From Eledone cirrhosa (taxonomy: Eukaryota), in NCBI GenBank assembly GCA_964016885.1, contig OZ024742.1:218860001-218924000 (forward strand): a stretch of 64,000 nucleotides of DNA, in the 5' to 3' direction. The first letter of the stretch is position 1. The number at the start of each line of letters is the position of its first letter. The notes beneath the pieces were generated by a model. It was not told the origin of the DNA and searched no databases. It worked only from the letters and a program-made list of their open reading frames with translations. This document shows positions 17,553 to 34,700 of this stretch, one piece after another. The translations under genes and the position numbers were made by a program.

Positions 17553-17562
<10 letters not shown>
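16527..17562 (-). mobile_element. Non-autonomous hammerhead-bearing 540-bp unit, partial tandem copy and inverted arm
   Basis: 16531-16705 repeated at 17071-17245; ~17243-17562 is the reverse complement of ~16638-16957; flanked by TA/GA runs. Confidence 0.85.
16703..16784 (-). ncRNA. Type I hammerhead ribozyme (damaged mirror copy 17416-17496)
   Basis: minus strand: actcc CTGATGA c-gtaatg...cattac-a GAAA ctaattag TT ggagt. Confidence 0.8.
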
Positions 17563-17628
<66 letters not shown>

Positions 17629-17831
17629 CGTTTCTGAATTTGTTTAGCAAGATTCTTTATCTGAAATCGTGTGTTGAAACCGATATTGTTATACTTTGGG
17701 AGGGTCATGTTGCCAATAAGAAACACACGCACCAGTTGCTTTCACTTCAATTTATTATAATAAATTTATAATAAATTTATAAATTTCTGATTGGTTGGTT
17801 GGTTCCAGAACCAGATAGTTGTTTATATATT

Positions 17832-17874
17832 GTCATAGTTCTTTCGTCACACACTCTGTGACCTCTTCAGTGAC
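17832..17874 (-). ncRNA. Minimal/degenerate hammerhead motif
   Basis: minus strand: gtca CTGAAGA g-gtcaca-gagtg-tgtgac GAAA gaac TA tgac; stem III very short. Confidence 0.5.
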
Positions 17875-18052
17875 TGGGGATTCCTTTCTTTGTTTCTGTG
17901 CCTCTCCTCTGTTCTGTCCTACGCCATTTTGTTTTTTAAACTTAAAACCACAACTGAATACTAACCCATACAATCACTAATACTCTTTTATTCCTAATTA
18001 AACCATTTTTCAACTGTGAACAATTTGTCAGCATTTTCTATTCCGTTTACCA

Positions 18053-18116
<64 letters not shown>

Positions 18117-18375
18117 TTAAGGTAAATATTGATGCAATTCAATTCAAGCACTCAACCTACTTTTTCCACATAGGAGTGATGGAGTATATATCTTCAATGA
18201 TAATGCTGTGATAACATATTTCAATGACGACAGTGGCCACACGGTTCGGTGTGCCGAGTGTCGTGACATCATCAGACAGCTTCTTACATAATATGTGGCC
18301 ACTGTCGTCATTGAAATATGTATCACAGCATTATCATTAAAGGACTTTAACATCTGAAACTACTTCGCTTTTTCT

Positions 18376-18457
<82 letters not shown>

Positions 18458-18479
18458 ATATATATATATATGTGTGTGT

Positions 18480-21220
<2,741 letters not shown>

Positions 21221-21440
21221 GTGAAGGGCCCCTAGCCTTTGTCAGGTCATTCTTCTAGGAGAAGGCAGCTCAGGAAACTGGGATAACTCCGATATAAAAC
21301 CTGCGGCTCAGTAGTTCCCGATGATGTTGATCTTTTCTTCTTTTCGGGTTATAGTTACTGCCACTCAGAGAGTGGGATTGGCCCAGTGCACAGTCTTTCT
21401 TTACTTTTAAAAAAATGTTCACGCACACAGGCATTGCACG
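21221..21440 (+). mobile_element. Fragment of RTE-related non-autonomous element
   Basis: Similar to 29960-30180 (minus) and ~47030-47230, including ctaggagaagg and gatgttga.c....tcttctttt motifs. Confidence 0.55.
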
Positions 21441-21845
21441 ATAGTATTAATTAATAATTATTAATAATGGTATATCGTGAAATTACCGTACTCGATACCG
21501 AGGGGTCAGCCATCATATATTCCTAAGGAGTTAATATATCGATCTTATTCGCATTTGGTAATAAACTGTTATTATACTCAATTTATTCATCTCCTATATA
21601 TATATATATATATACAATATATATATATATATATATATACATTCCTTTATTATGGCTATTGGTGAGCTTTGTTTCTCTAAAGTTTCACCTGCGCACTCAC
21701 AGGATCACCAGTCTTTTCTGATGACCCTGTGAATACGCAGGTGAGACTCCAGAGTAACAAGGCTAATCAGTTAGCCATAATAAATCAATATTTAAACTCT
21801 ACTTCGGTATTGAGTTTTCATTCTTAAGTCCGTCAATAATTCACA

Positions 21846-22177
21846 TACTCTCAGGTCTTGCATAATCGTCCGCCCCTCCCGTTTATTCATTTTTCAGATT
21901 TTTACCCCCCCCCCCCTCCGTTATTACCCCCCACCCTCAATCCCCCGCTTATTAAATTTTGCTAATCTATGTCCGGCGAAACTTTATTGTAAGTGATTCT
22001 TATTGATACAGCAGCCGGAGAATCTAGTAATTATTTATTCTACATTAAAAAACATTATATACGACAAAAAAAAAACATTACAAGAAATCATATATCTACG
22101 AACGTACACTATACAATTACTGATTTCCTAAGCCACCCTATTATTGCCACCCTTCCTATTATTTGGGACCCAAGAGT
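21846..22177. mobile_element. MITE, same family as 14419-14817
   Basis: Shared degenerate TIRs and C-rich subterminal motifs. Confidence 0.65.
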
Positions 22178-22179
22178 GC

Positions 22180-23185
22180 CACCAAATTCTCCTCCTCTCT
22201 CTGTTTATCACACAAAACTCTCTTTTAATCCCCCTCTCTGTGTCTACTAAAATCAAGCTCTTCTCCTCTTTATATCTACCATGACACCGTGGTAGATATC
22301 TACAACCACCAAAATCTCCCCCTCGCTATATCTAACATACAAAACATTGTCCTAATTCCCCTCTTAATATAAATCATCTCCAAACTCCCCCCCTCACTAT
22401 CTGTCTCCCACTCTCACGAAATCGTTCTCTCTGTATCCATCAGAATCCCCCCCCCCCATATATATTTTACGACAATGTCTCAGCCAGCCCCGCCCCCCTC
22501 AAAATATCTAGCATTAGTTATCTCTCCCGCCCCCTCACTATATCTTCAAGCATTGAAATCTACCCCTCTCTATATCTACTACACGACACTCTCCCCCAAT
22601 CCTCCTCTCTATATCTACCATACAATACTCTCTAATTCCCTCTCACTCTATCCATCACTACCAAATCCCCCCCCCCTCTCTATATCTATCAATACTTATC
22701 TTTTTCAATCCTCTCACTCTATTCATTACCACCAATCTCTCCCCCCTCTACATCAACCATACATCACTCTCTCCCAATCCCCCTCTCTATATCAATTAAC
22801 ACCAAACTCTCCCCCTCTCTGTATCTACTATACTGAAATCTCTTCCGATACCCCTCTCTATAACATTTAACACCAAACTCTCCCCCTCTCTATACCTATT
22901 ACACGGAACTCTCTTCCATCTCCTTCTATATATCAATTAATACCAAGCTCTTCCCCTATCTATATCTATCAATACCTATTTCTATCAATCCTCTCACTCT
23001 ATTCATTACCAGCAAACTCACTCCCTCTCTACATCAGCCATACACACTATCCAAATCATCCTCTCTATATTAATTAATACCAACACTCCCCCTCTCTATA
23101 TCAATAAACATCAATCTATCTCCCTCTCTATATCTAATATACAACACACTCTCCCGACCTTCCTCTCTATATTAATTACCACTTG
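22180..23185. repeat. Degenerate C/T-rich minisatellite
   Basis: Recurring ccccctctctatatcta-like motif at ~35-bp spacing. Confidence 0.75.
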
Positions 23186-23189
23186 ATAT

Positions 23190-26100
23190 AGACGTGAATT
23201 ACTTCGCTCCGGATTTTTACGGATTATTGTAAAAAAAACTGTGAGTTCATTGCTCAATTTAATAGCATTGTTTAGTTTAACCCCTTGCCTGGGCCGTCAG
23301 ACGTTGAGTCAACTAATTTTCGCCCCTTTCTGGGGCGAAATTTTCATTTTCATCTCAAAACTGTGTAGACTTGGTAGTCAGTAGTGGATGCCATTTCCAC
23401 CTCGCACACTGTCGTGAGTGCCAGGCCCACTAAGAGAAGTGGTGGAGGGAAGGTAGGAGTACAAAGTTTGAGCCTTCCCCCCTAGCATTATCGAAAAACG
23501 TTGAAAATATTGAAACCACGAAACCAAACCCGGTAAATAATGGTTTCTACTTTAGGCACAAGGCCAGCAAATACCCAGTGCATTACTGGTACTTTATTTT
23601 ATCGACCCCGTAAGGATGAAAGGCAAAGTCAACCTCGGCGGGATTTGAACTCAGATTGTAAAGGGACGTAACTATGCTGGAAAGCATGGCGTCCGACCCT
23701 CTACTGATACTGCCAATCCACCGCCCAAACCCGGTAAATAATACCAGCACCAACAACAAGAACAATGACAATAACACCACAACCAACAACTGCAACAATA
23801 GCAACACCAAGGAAAAAATGAACAATATTACCAACAGTGACAACAACAGCAGCAACAAAAAAGACAACAACACCAAAACAACATTCGCACAGACTGTAAA
23901 AAAAAACGAACTATACACGCCAATAGACATAACAAATGCTAAACAACTATTACAAGACGCAAAACAATTCGTGACTTTTGGCGAAAACGGTTCTTTTAGC
24001 ATCAATTCTCCACAGGAATTACGTAGAGAAGCTGTCCTGAAAACTGGTTTTCAGGACAATATCGAACGAAACAAGAAAACCAGCTCAATTAAGATGCAAT
24101 GAAGGACATTTGTGATGTTTGAACTTCATACAAAAAGGTAAACTGTTTGGTAGCATTTCGGTGCTAATGAACAACCAGTCAACAGCACAAAAGTACTCGG
24201 TATCACCCATTGTGTCCCCCCGCTTCACCTTTTTCCCCACATACAGGGGAAAAAGGACACAAAGAATAAAAATAATGAGTATCACACCAAATGTAAATAT
24301 TTGGTGGATACTATGTGGAATCATTGACTTTGATGAAGACAAGATAATTTCAATAGGAAAGTCCTCCGGAGGTGTATTTGGTGGGACCAGCGTAGAAGTT
24401 CTGGTGCAAATGAGCCCAGAACGAATAGCGAATATCCCACAACGCGGGCCTCTGGACGGGCTAACTTATATAAACATTTCAGTGGAGGGAAGGTGGCCGT
24501 CATGTTACCACTGCTAAACAGGGGTCACCTGAGGGCTGCCTGTCCTCAATTAACGAGTAAAAAAAAAAGGTTCTTTTGCCAAACCCGAACACAACCACCA
24601 CCACCACCACCACCACCACCACCACCACCACCACCACCACCACCACCACCACCACCACCACCACAACAACAACAACAACAACAACAACAACCACAACAAC
24701 ACGGAAAAATAACAACACAAAACACTGTTCCACCCAACCCCTCCCCACCTAAAACAAATACAAAAGCAACCACAACAAAACCCCAAAATATACCCCTCCC
24801 CAACAACACGGAAGAGGACTCTGTATCAACGTCACCCAGTGACGACGAGGGAGAACCCTTTCAACAGGTGAAAAGGAAAAAAAGGCACCACATTAACAAA
24901 AATTCCACAAACACACAACCACCAGCACAAACAGAACAAACATCACAAATAAAAAAACCCACCCCTCCCCAAAACATAACACATACTACAAAACGCAAAC
25001 ACGCACAAGAACAACAAACAAAAACAAACACAACACAAAAACTCTATACATACATTAACAAGAACAATAAAACGTTGATGAAAACAGTAGAAAATAACCC
25101 TTCGGTGGAAAACGAAGGGATCACTTTCACCTACGCAGCGAACAAACCGCACCTAATGATGATTAGGGTCCCAACGGAAACCTATGTAACTTTGAAAAAG
25201 AACCATCAAATGCATGTGGGGACCAACTGCATCAAACCACTTAACCACGTCCTATTGAGATGTTTCCCCACCCCCACACCAGACACCCACACCCCACCAA
25301 ACACCCTAATCCCACCACACACTGATGTCCTCACCCCACCACAAACCACCACCCCACCAAACAACCCTTCCAACACCCCCATGGAAATTGTGCAGCCTGG
25401 TCCCCAGGAGACGAAGAGGTAAGTAATTTCCTTTCCTCTACCTTTTTAACTCTTCAGCACCAACATGGCCAATATAAGAGTTGGATGTGTGAATGCACGC
25501 GGCCTGGGGATGTCCTGGAAACAGGGCACACTTTTAAATGACCTCAGGTCGCACAGAGTGGATGTAATGGTTATTTGCGAGTCCAGGATCAGCAGCGAGC
25601 GCCAACTGGCCCCATCTTCGACGACTTTGAAATCTACGCATCTCTCTGTCAGCCGAGGGGTGCGGGTGGGGTTGTCGTTCTGCTGCGAAAATACCTGGGT
25701 CTTGCCACACAGAAGGTACACCTGGACCCGGAGGGTCGACTGGTGGTTTTAGACGTCGGCAGTGGTGAAGTTGGAGCTTTCAGGCTGGTGGCAGCGTATG
25801 CCCCATCTGGGACACCGCGACCGGACTTCTTCCGACGCCTGGAGAATTTCCTGGGAACGTCTCTCTCCTTGCTTTTAGTGGGGGACTGGAATGGTATCCT
25901 GGATGCACGTTGGGACTATGTAGGGGCATGTCCCGATAGAGGGGGGTGTAACAGCCTCAAACGATTAATCGGCCGATTTGATCTGGCCGATAGATATCGA
26001 CTAGATTTTCCGACTGTGCCACTGTGGACGTGGACTAATCTTAGCGGAACATCTAGGTCGTACCTAGATAGGTTCCTAGTTAGAAATAAGGATAGGGACA

Positions 26101-29080
26101 TATTAAGCTGTCCACGAATGTTCATGGTTGACTTTTCGGATCACAAGTTGGTGACTGGAGTGGTCAGCCTTGATAGAACTCATAGACAGGGACCCGGTTA
26201 CTGGAAGCTAAACTTGTCTTTACCGACAAACAAAGCTTACAGTAAGCGGATTAGCACACTAGTTAAGAAGCGTTTGACAGGGGCAATTGTCAACAGCAGG
26301 TGGTGGGGCTCTCTCAAGAGAGAAATTAGAATAGAATCGATAGGTTTTAGTTCTGAATTAGCATCAGATAGGAATAGAACTGAAAGGGAATTAATAAATA
26401 GAGTAGAAGAGGCGATTAGGAGTGGAAACGTGGCCGGCGTGCTGGCGTCAAGAACGGCCCTAGACCAGTTCTTTGATGCGAAGCACGAGGGCTGCGTTGT
26501 CAGGAGTAAAATACGTGCTCTGGGTAACGAGGGAGCCAAAGCTGTTAGCTGGGCCCGAGTGACAGAGGCAAAAAGTGGAAACAAGTCCACGATTCGGTCT
26601 TTGAAGGACCAGGATGGACGAGTGATCCTTGAACATGAGCGGATGAGCGCGGCCTTTCAACGGCGCTTTGCACGACTGTTCGGGAGGGGCGGCAGGCCGG
26701 GTGGGGCCATGGATTTCGGTCCATACCTCGACGGTCTGGCGCGGCTCTCGGACGGGGAGGCGAAGTCCTGCGAGAGGCCGATTTCAGCCGCTGAAATAGG
26801 GGAAGCACTGAGCCAATGCGTCAAACGAAAATCTCCGGGTATCGATGGTCTACCATACGAACTTTATGTAGCGATGCCGGGCTTGTTCTCCGGTCTCTCC
26901 GAGGCGGTCTACTGCAACGGGAGAATTCCCAGTTCTGTGACCAAGGGCGTAGTCACAATGGTGAGGAAGGACGAGAACAAGGGGGATGACATAGATAACT
27001 TCAGGTCCATAACTCTGCTAAACACAGAGTTAAAGATTTTGGCCAATGTGTTAGCGAAGAGGTTGGCGCTTGTCGTCGGGAACCTGGTGGAAGAAGCGCA
27101 GACATGCGCAATCCCGTCCAGTTCCATACACGACAACCTCCACCTCATGCGATACATGGTAGAGAGGGTAGGGAACGAACCCGGCTTTGGTGGGGCCCTG
27201 ATCAACTTGGATCAATCTAAAGCGTTCCTTAGGTACCTGGATGCGGTGCTCGCGGCGGCAGGCTTCGGACCCGTTTTCAGGGGCTGGATTGCTGCAATGC
27301 ACAGCAGCAACACCTGCTCGAGCGTCAAAATGAACGGCTACCTCTCGGAGCCGTTCCAAATCACACGATCCATCCGACAGGGATGCCCTCTCTCCTCCCT
27401 CCTGTATGTGCTGGCTCTCGAGCCACTACTGCGGAAGCTGGAGCTGTTGCAGGGCATCCCCTTGGAACCGGGATTGCGGAAAGCGGTGTCGGCCTACGCC
27501 GATGACGTGACAGTAATGGTTTCGTGCGCCTCGGAAATCGGGGTGATCGGCACCTTACTGGAGGAATATGAAAGGTTCACAGGAGCCAAGCTGAACCGGG
27601 ACAAATCCGTCGGTTTGCAACTCGGGACGTGGAGGGGCAAAACGATGCCCTCCGACGGCATCGTCGGACGCTGGACGGAGGGACCGGTGAAGCTGCTCGG
27701 GGTCTGGTTCGGACCGGACCTCCAGGTGGAGAAAAACTGGGACGAGGTAACGGACAAGGTGTTTGCACTCGCCCAGAAGTGGACCGAGTGCAAACTATCC
27801 CTGAAAGGTCGAGCGGAGGTGGCGAACGCTTATATAGCGTCCGTCATCTACTACCGCTTGACCGTCGTGCCTTGCCCAGAGAAAACACTCGCCAAAATGG
27901 AGCGCGCGCTCTTCCGATTTCTTTGGAAGAAGCGGGCTCCTTTGGTGAGAAGATCCATCTGCTGTCAACACCCTTCGAACGGAGGGCTGGGGATGCCGTG
28001 GATGACGATGCGTAGACACGCATTAAGGCTACGGCACCTCCAGGTATTCCTCACCGGTCAGCCGGGGTGGGCCCTGTTTGTGAGGCAAGCCTTTCCGAGA
28101 CTCGTCTCACTCACCGAGCTGCAATCCTAGGTCAAGCAAAGACCGAGAAAAGTGGTTGACTGGCACATTGAATGTGCCCAGGCGCTCACGGCCCTCTGGC
28201 AAGCGGATCCGGCAATCAGTGGAGACTCAACTTCAACCAACATTCTATAGATTGTTGGTGCGCAGTAAGTGCGACGACGCTCTCGGAGAGGCTCTGGGCA
28301 TGGAGGAAGATGAGTTGGCCAGTCTGTTCGGTAGGACGTTTGGCCCGGGACCGATGGACAACTTCCAAAAGTCCCTGGCTTGGCAATGTTACCGAGGAGC
28401 TCTACCTGTTCGGGACAATATCTACCCGTTCGAGACAAACCCTCGAAGAAGATCTGTCCGAGATGCGTGCGTGACGATGAAACCGTTGCACACGCATTCG
28501 TACACTGCCGGGCGTTGCTGACCTGTGGAACGACTACTGTCGCGGGTGGGACCAATCCGGTTGACCACAGAGAACATTGTCACGATCAAACCGCCTCCCC
28601 TATTCAAAAACGAAGGAGAGGCGGTTTTCTTCTGTGTGATAGCTATGGCGAAAGAAGTTGTATGGTGGATAAGGTTGAAAGGGCTGAGGTCTGACACCTT
28701 TCTCTCCGGCCAACAACTGGTCTTTTTTTTCAAGTACCACTTTAGAAGAAGGATCAGAATGGAGAGAGAGGTGCTCTACCCCAGCAAGTTTTATGAAAGG
28801 TGAGTGAAAGTAGCGAGAATGGCCCGAGTGAATGGGCCTTCTCTCTATATCAGCTTGTAGGTGAGAGAGGAGAAGAATGAGAAGAGGAAGGAAGCACCCG
28901 CTCTTTGTGCTCCTGAAGAGGAGGGTTGCACATTTTTTCGGGGGTGTGTGCGACCTATGTCAACGCCCCTCCCTATTGAGGACATCGATTGTTAAATTTA
29001 ATTTGTTATATGTTTTTTACACGTCTTTTTAAATGTATGTAAACTCCCCCCTTTGTATTTGTCCCAATCTTTGATGCCCT
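23190..29080 (+). mobile_element. Near full-length Tx1-like LINE, frameshifted (copy 1)
   Basis: ORF1 pieces 23743-25422 with VEGR..CYHC...GHLRAAC knuckle; ORF2 25465-28860 with APE motifs (VNARGL, GDWN, YLDR, SDH), RT (RQGCPLS, YADD) and C-terminal CPRC..ET..H...C; 5' boundary uncertain. Confidence 0.9.
23542..23725 (-). mobile_element. SINE family A inserted in the LINE 5' region
   Basis: 17-bp TSD caaacccggtaaataat at 23525-23541 and 23726-23742. Confidence 0.92.
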
Positions 29081-29138
29081 GGGAGAAAATTATTTTGGTA
29101 CAAACAACAGGAGAGAGAGAGAGAGAGAGAGAGAGAGA

Positions 29139-29336
29139 CCAATGTGGACTGAAGAGTTCATAGGCCGACTATGAAGGAGTGATGTTAGGGCTATGAAATC
29201 TTGCATGCATTAATTTCAACTCGTATTAATAACTGCATTGTTTCTTTCCAGAGACTATGTTGAAACATAAACCCCCATCTTGTCATTCCATGAGAGTATC
29301 TTGGTATGCCTATGAATTTTTCAGTCGACCCTCGTA
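29139..29336. mobile_element. Mariner-derived MITE
   Basis: Right end reverse complement tacgagggtcgactgaaaaattcataggc matches degenerate left end gactgaagagttcataggc. Confidence 0.6.
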
Positions 29337-29739
29337 GATAGGTATGCAGACAGTCAGACGAACAATCAGAGTGAAAGATGTGCTAAAATAATGGTAATAG
29401 TGATTTACTGAAGAAACAACGCGATGCCTGCAAAGCTTCACTTCAAATCTTTAAAACAATTCTTTTTATCTTATTTAAATTATTTTTTCCTTTAGATCTT
29501 TTGCTACCATGGTTGCTGTTATTGTTATTGTTGTTGTTATTGTTACTATTATTTTTCGTAGTGGTGGTGGTGGTGGTGGAGATAGTGGAGGGCGGGGGGT
29601 AAGGACTCATCAAGTTCACTGTCTGTCAGCACGGGGTGATCTATCCAATTGCGGCGGATCTTGACTACACCTACGAAGCCTAGTTCAAAGTTGTGGTTGT
29701 ACAAAATTGTACATACATACATGCATGCATACATGCATA

Positions 29740-30325
29740 TATGGTGGCTGCCAACTCGTTTTCGAGTACGGCCACTACTTTACATCCATGTATGATAACC
29801 CCTACCGAAGCGCTGAACGAGTGTGACTTTTTAGTCCAGCCAGCGACTTGAAACCTCTGGTACAAACACTACACCTGTGACAATTATTGACACATAGTGC
29901 TAGGCCCATGGTAGGACAATTATTGACACATAGTGCTGGGCCCATGTGAGGACAAGTGCAGAGAGATCTCCAGATATAAAGCAATGCCTGTGCCGTGAAG
30001 CTTTTATAGTGAGCAAAGGCACTGCACAAAGCCAGTCCCACTCTCTTAACCAAGATGCTATTTACCAAAAAGAAGAACAAGTCAACATCATTGGATACCA
30101 TCAGGGTTGCAGGTGTTATATCAGAGTTTTCCTTCTCCTAGAATTCTGCCTTGACTAAGGCTAAAGGGGTCATCTCTCCCGGTGATTTTGGATGGCCATT
30201 GACTCTTAAGAGCTCCTTTGCCCTTTGACAGGTTTTGTTTTTAGTCCTGCAGGATGTCCAAAGTCACCCTCCTCACCAAGAAACCTTGGTGGGGTTGCCA
30301 GTTTAGTCGCCAACGACCCGACCAT
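29740..30325 (-). mobile_element. Bipartite RTE-derived non-autonomous element in (CATA)n
   Basis: RTE-like 5' UTR motifs joined to a C2H2-like ORF end (CSVCTRGFKSLAGLKSH); related interrupted copy at ~46340-46540 + 47030-47355. Confidence 0.6.
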
Positions 30326-30502
30326 GCATATATACATACATACATACATACATACATACATACATACATACATACATACATACATACATACATGCATGCA
30401 TACATACATACATACATACATACATACATACATACATACATACATAAAAACATACATACATCATACATACTTACACACACATACATACACAGATCTCTCA
30501 CC

Positions 30503-30579
<77 letters not shown>

Positions 30580-30784
30580 CTGTGTGTGTGTGTGTCTGTG
30601 TCTGTGTCTGTGTCTGTGTGTGTGTGTGTGTTTGTGTGTGTGGTAAACAAAAACTTACCCAGCCACCCACCAACACCCAAATAAAAAATAAATAAAATTA
30701 ATAATGGAAATTCGGTTGTTTTAGAAATGCTGGGAATGTTCTGTTTAGCATCAAGTATTGTTGTATGAGAGATGGAGCAATAAC

Positions 30785-30911
<127 letters not shown>

Positions 30912-31042
30912 ACATAACAATATATATAGTTATATATATATGTGTGTGTGTGTGAGAGAAGGTGAAAATGCACAGAAATATATATATATATAAAGATTAT
31001 ATTTTCTTTAATCCAACAGAATGAATAATTCTATCATTGTTG

Positions 31043-31100
<58 letters not shown>

Positions 31101-31179
31101 AGCGTATATATATATATATATATATGAACAGATTTTGGACCCCGACGGCTGAGCTCCGGCCGTTTCGACACCTAGATCC

Positions 31180-31256
<77 letters not shown>

Positions 31257-31504
31257 TATGCAACAATTTTTTAAATTGTTCATTCTGTTGGATTAAAGAA
31301 AAAATAATCTTTAAATATATTATATATACATACAGACACGCAGTCACACTCACATGCACAAATATATATATAATTATACTTCTTTTTTTATACAACTGTA
31401 AATAACATGTTTATGTATGTATATATACGTATAAAGGAATGCTGTAATAAAATGTACAGATTAAACTGTCTCTTATTTATGATACTAACACACACACACA
31501 CACA

Positions 31505-31581
<77 letters not shown>

Positions 31582-31706
31582 AATTGAAATACTAGAGTGT
31601 GTTGGAGTTAAACACCCTCTTCGTATTATAGAAATGACAGTAAAGGTATAGCTCAATGTAATTAAACAGAGCCGAAGAATTATATATACATAATATATAT
31701 ATATAC

Positions 31707-31789
<83 letters not shown>

Positions 31790-34700
31790 ATACACTATAT
31801 ATATATACATACACACACACACACACACAGATAACCAAGTCAATGTACAGAATGGTTTTCATAATGCAGACAGACAGACATACGGACAGATATTATAAGG
31901 GCGTGACGTTATAGCTATGTATCTATCTAAAAAGACAGACTAAGAAAAAGAGAAAGATCGCTAACATTTTAAAGAAGTGAATATTTAAATAAACAATCAA
32001 ATATCTTTAATTTTTAACCAAATTTAGTTGACAAAATACTCTCACTTTCTTACTTGGAAAAAGTTACATCTATGGTGCAAATTTGCTGCTCTTTGGTCCA
32101 GCCCTCAGCTTTATAATATATATATATATATATATATATAGTATTAGTTATACTATTTATGGTTATGTAAACACAAAACCTTAAGCAGTTGTAAGTATTT
32201 TACACACACCCTAAATAGTGGTAGGCAGTAATGTATTACTACCTTATTACCAGTAAGTTAAGTAGCTCAATGTAAAAACATCAGATGATTTACAGAGCAG
32301 TTATATGAAATATAAGAATCAAAGAACTGTTCAAAACATTATTGTGCTTACAGCTGTTTCCTCCAAACCGAGGTTTGGATTCTTCGGAGCAATTTATTAA
32401 TGCATGGACAGTTATATGACCTCCTTTTCAGCCGAGAGACATACCAATACATATTCAAACATTGATACATATTCAAACATTGTGGGTCAACATTCATTAC
32501 AAAATTTAGAGTGGCAGTACACACTTCGAGATTACATTTATATTAATAGGTACAATCAAAAATCAAAGATATAGGTTAAAGTACAACATGAAGATAAGTG
32601 GTTATATAGTGCAAATGTTATATGTGTGGCACGCATGTGCGTCTTGTTTATATAGTGTGGCAGAGAGATATGTGTGGTAGAGGCACTTAGGTAGGTAAAT
32701 AAGAGTGTTAGGTTGGTAGATCTGGTGGCAAAGTCTTTATATGATTGATGTAGTCTGTGTGTGGAGAAATATTATAAGTATTAAAGATAGTGCAAGCATT
32801 AAAAGTGTTATAAGTATTGGAGATGCACAACGCAGGGATGTCAAGTAATTCATGTACTTCGGCATTTTCATGGTCAAGGGAGTGTATATTTCGATTATAT
32901 GCCTTTCACATAATCCACGACAATCCAGTTAGAGATCGTAGTCTGGTGTTCTTTAGTTCGATACAGGAGGTTGTTACGTTTCGAGAGACGCCATTGAATA
33001 CCGGAAGTGTGTGTGTGGCTAAGGGGAGTTAATGCATGCGGGGAGGTAACTCTGGGGTTTCTATATCTAGCCATTAAAATGTGTCCCAATATGGACCCTA
33101 AATTCTATGGTGAGGTGCACCTTCCAAGAGAGACTTTTAAAGCATAAAGTGCACTAACTATAGAGTAGTTTAACTAAATTATGCTGAAGGTGATCATATT
33201 ATTATTAAGGTGGATTAACCCATCTTAAGGTGCTACAAATGGAAATTATAGATGATGAGCGAGGATTCTAAATTAATGATCTCTGTGGTTGTAGTCTGCT
33301 CATATGACCAGGCGTGGTGATTGCAGGATTGCTTCAGGACCCAATGATCTCTGGTAAGATCTGGGTCATCGCTTGCTACATTGGATGTCGAAAGATAATC
33401 GTCCCCAGGCAGGCCAAAGGTCAATCCGCAGTCCTCGCGACCCCTCTCTGACCGTCAGATCATCCATATACGTACAACCCGCACGGCAGTTGCATTGCAT
33501 TCACTCACTGCGCTCAGCAGCCCGGTCCTACTGGTCAACAGCGCTACTCGATTAAATCATTTTACATCTGTCTAAGGAAGGTGTTTCCTCTGCCCAACAC
33601 CATCCAACCGATCAATTCATGCTCAAATTACCCTTAGTGTGGTAGAGGCACTTAGGTAGGTAAATAATTGTAACTGTAGAGCTAATAGAACCTGCCCCTT
33701 AGATAAAAAATGCCTAACCAAGGATGTCATATACTCATGCACAGTCACGACTAATAACTCTTCAGAAACCTATGTAGGCTCCACTTCTAACTGCTTCAAA
33801 ATTAGATATAACTCGCACATCCACTCGTTCAAAAAGCACAGCCTAGCCAACTCCACCTCACTTTCTAGCTACATACACTATCTAAAATCTAAAAATAAAC
33901 CATACACACTCAAATGGGAAGTGATAGGCAGCGCGACCTCGTACAAACCACCTAATAAATTCTGTAACCTCTGTATACTAGAGACACACAATATTATCTT
34001 CTCCAACCGTAACCTACTTAACAAAAAATCTGAGGTGTTTGCAACTTGCCAACACCGCCTCAGACATTCCTTCCAAAACTTTAAGCCCTATATATAGCAA
34101 TGTCGGACTGGAACCTAACACCACATCTAGCATCAAACACCAGAGACACACCCTATACTACATACCCAACACTAGCTGATCCATTATAACACAAACAACG
34201 ACATCCCTCTGGAACCCTTCGCAGGGAAAATACCCATTTATACCTCTACGGCAGGTGTGACAACATCCACCCACCTGGACGGCACTACACCGCTCTAAGG
34301 GTAATTTGAGCATGAATTGATCGGTTGGATGGTGTTGGGCAGAGGAAACACCTTCCTTAGACAGATGTAAAATGATTTAATCGAGTAGCGCTGTTGACCA
34401 GTAGGACCGGGCTGCTGAGCGCAGTGAGTGAATGCAATGCAACTGCCGTGCGGGTTGTACGTATATGGATGATCTGACGGTCAGAGAGGGGTCGCGAGGA
34501 CTGCGGATTGACCTTTGGCCTGCCTGGGGACGATTATCTTTCGACATCCAATGTAGCAAGCGATGACCCAGATCTTACCAGAGATCATTGGGTCCTGAAG
34601 CAATCCTGCAATCACCACGCCTGGTCATATGAGCAGACTACAACCACAGAGATCATTAATTTAGAATCCTCGCTCATCATCTATAATTTCCATTTGTAGC

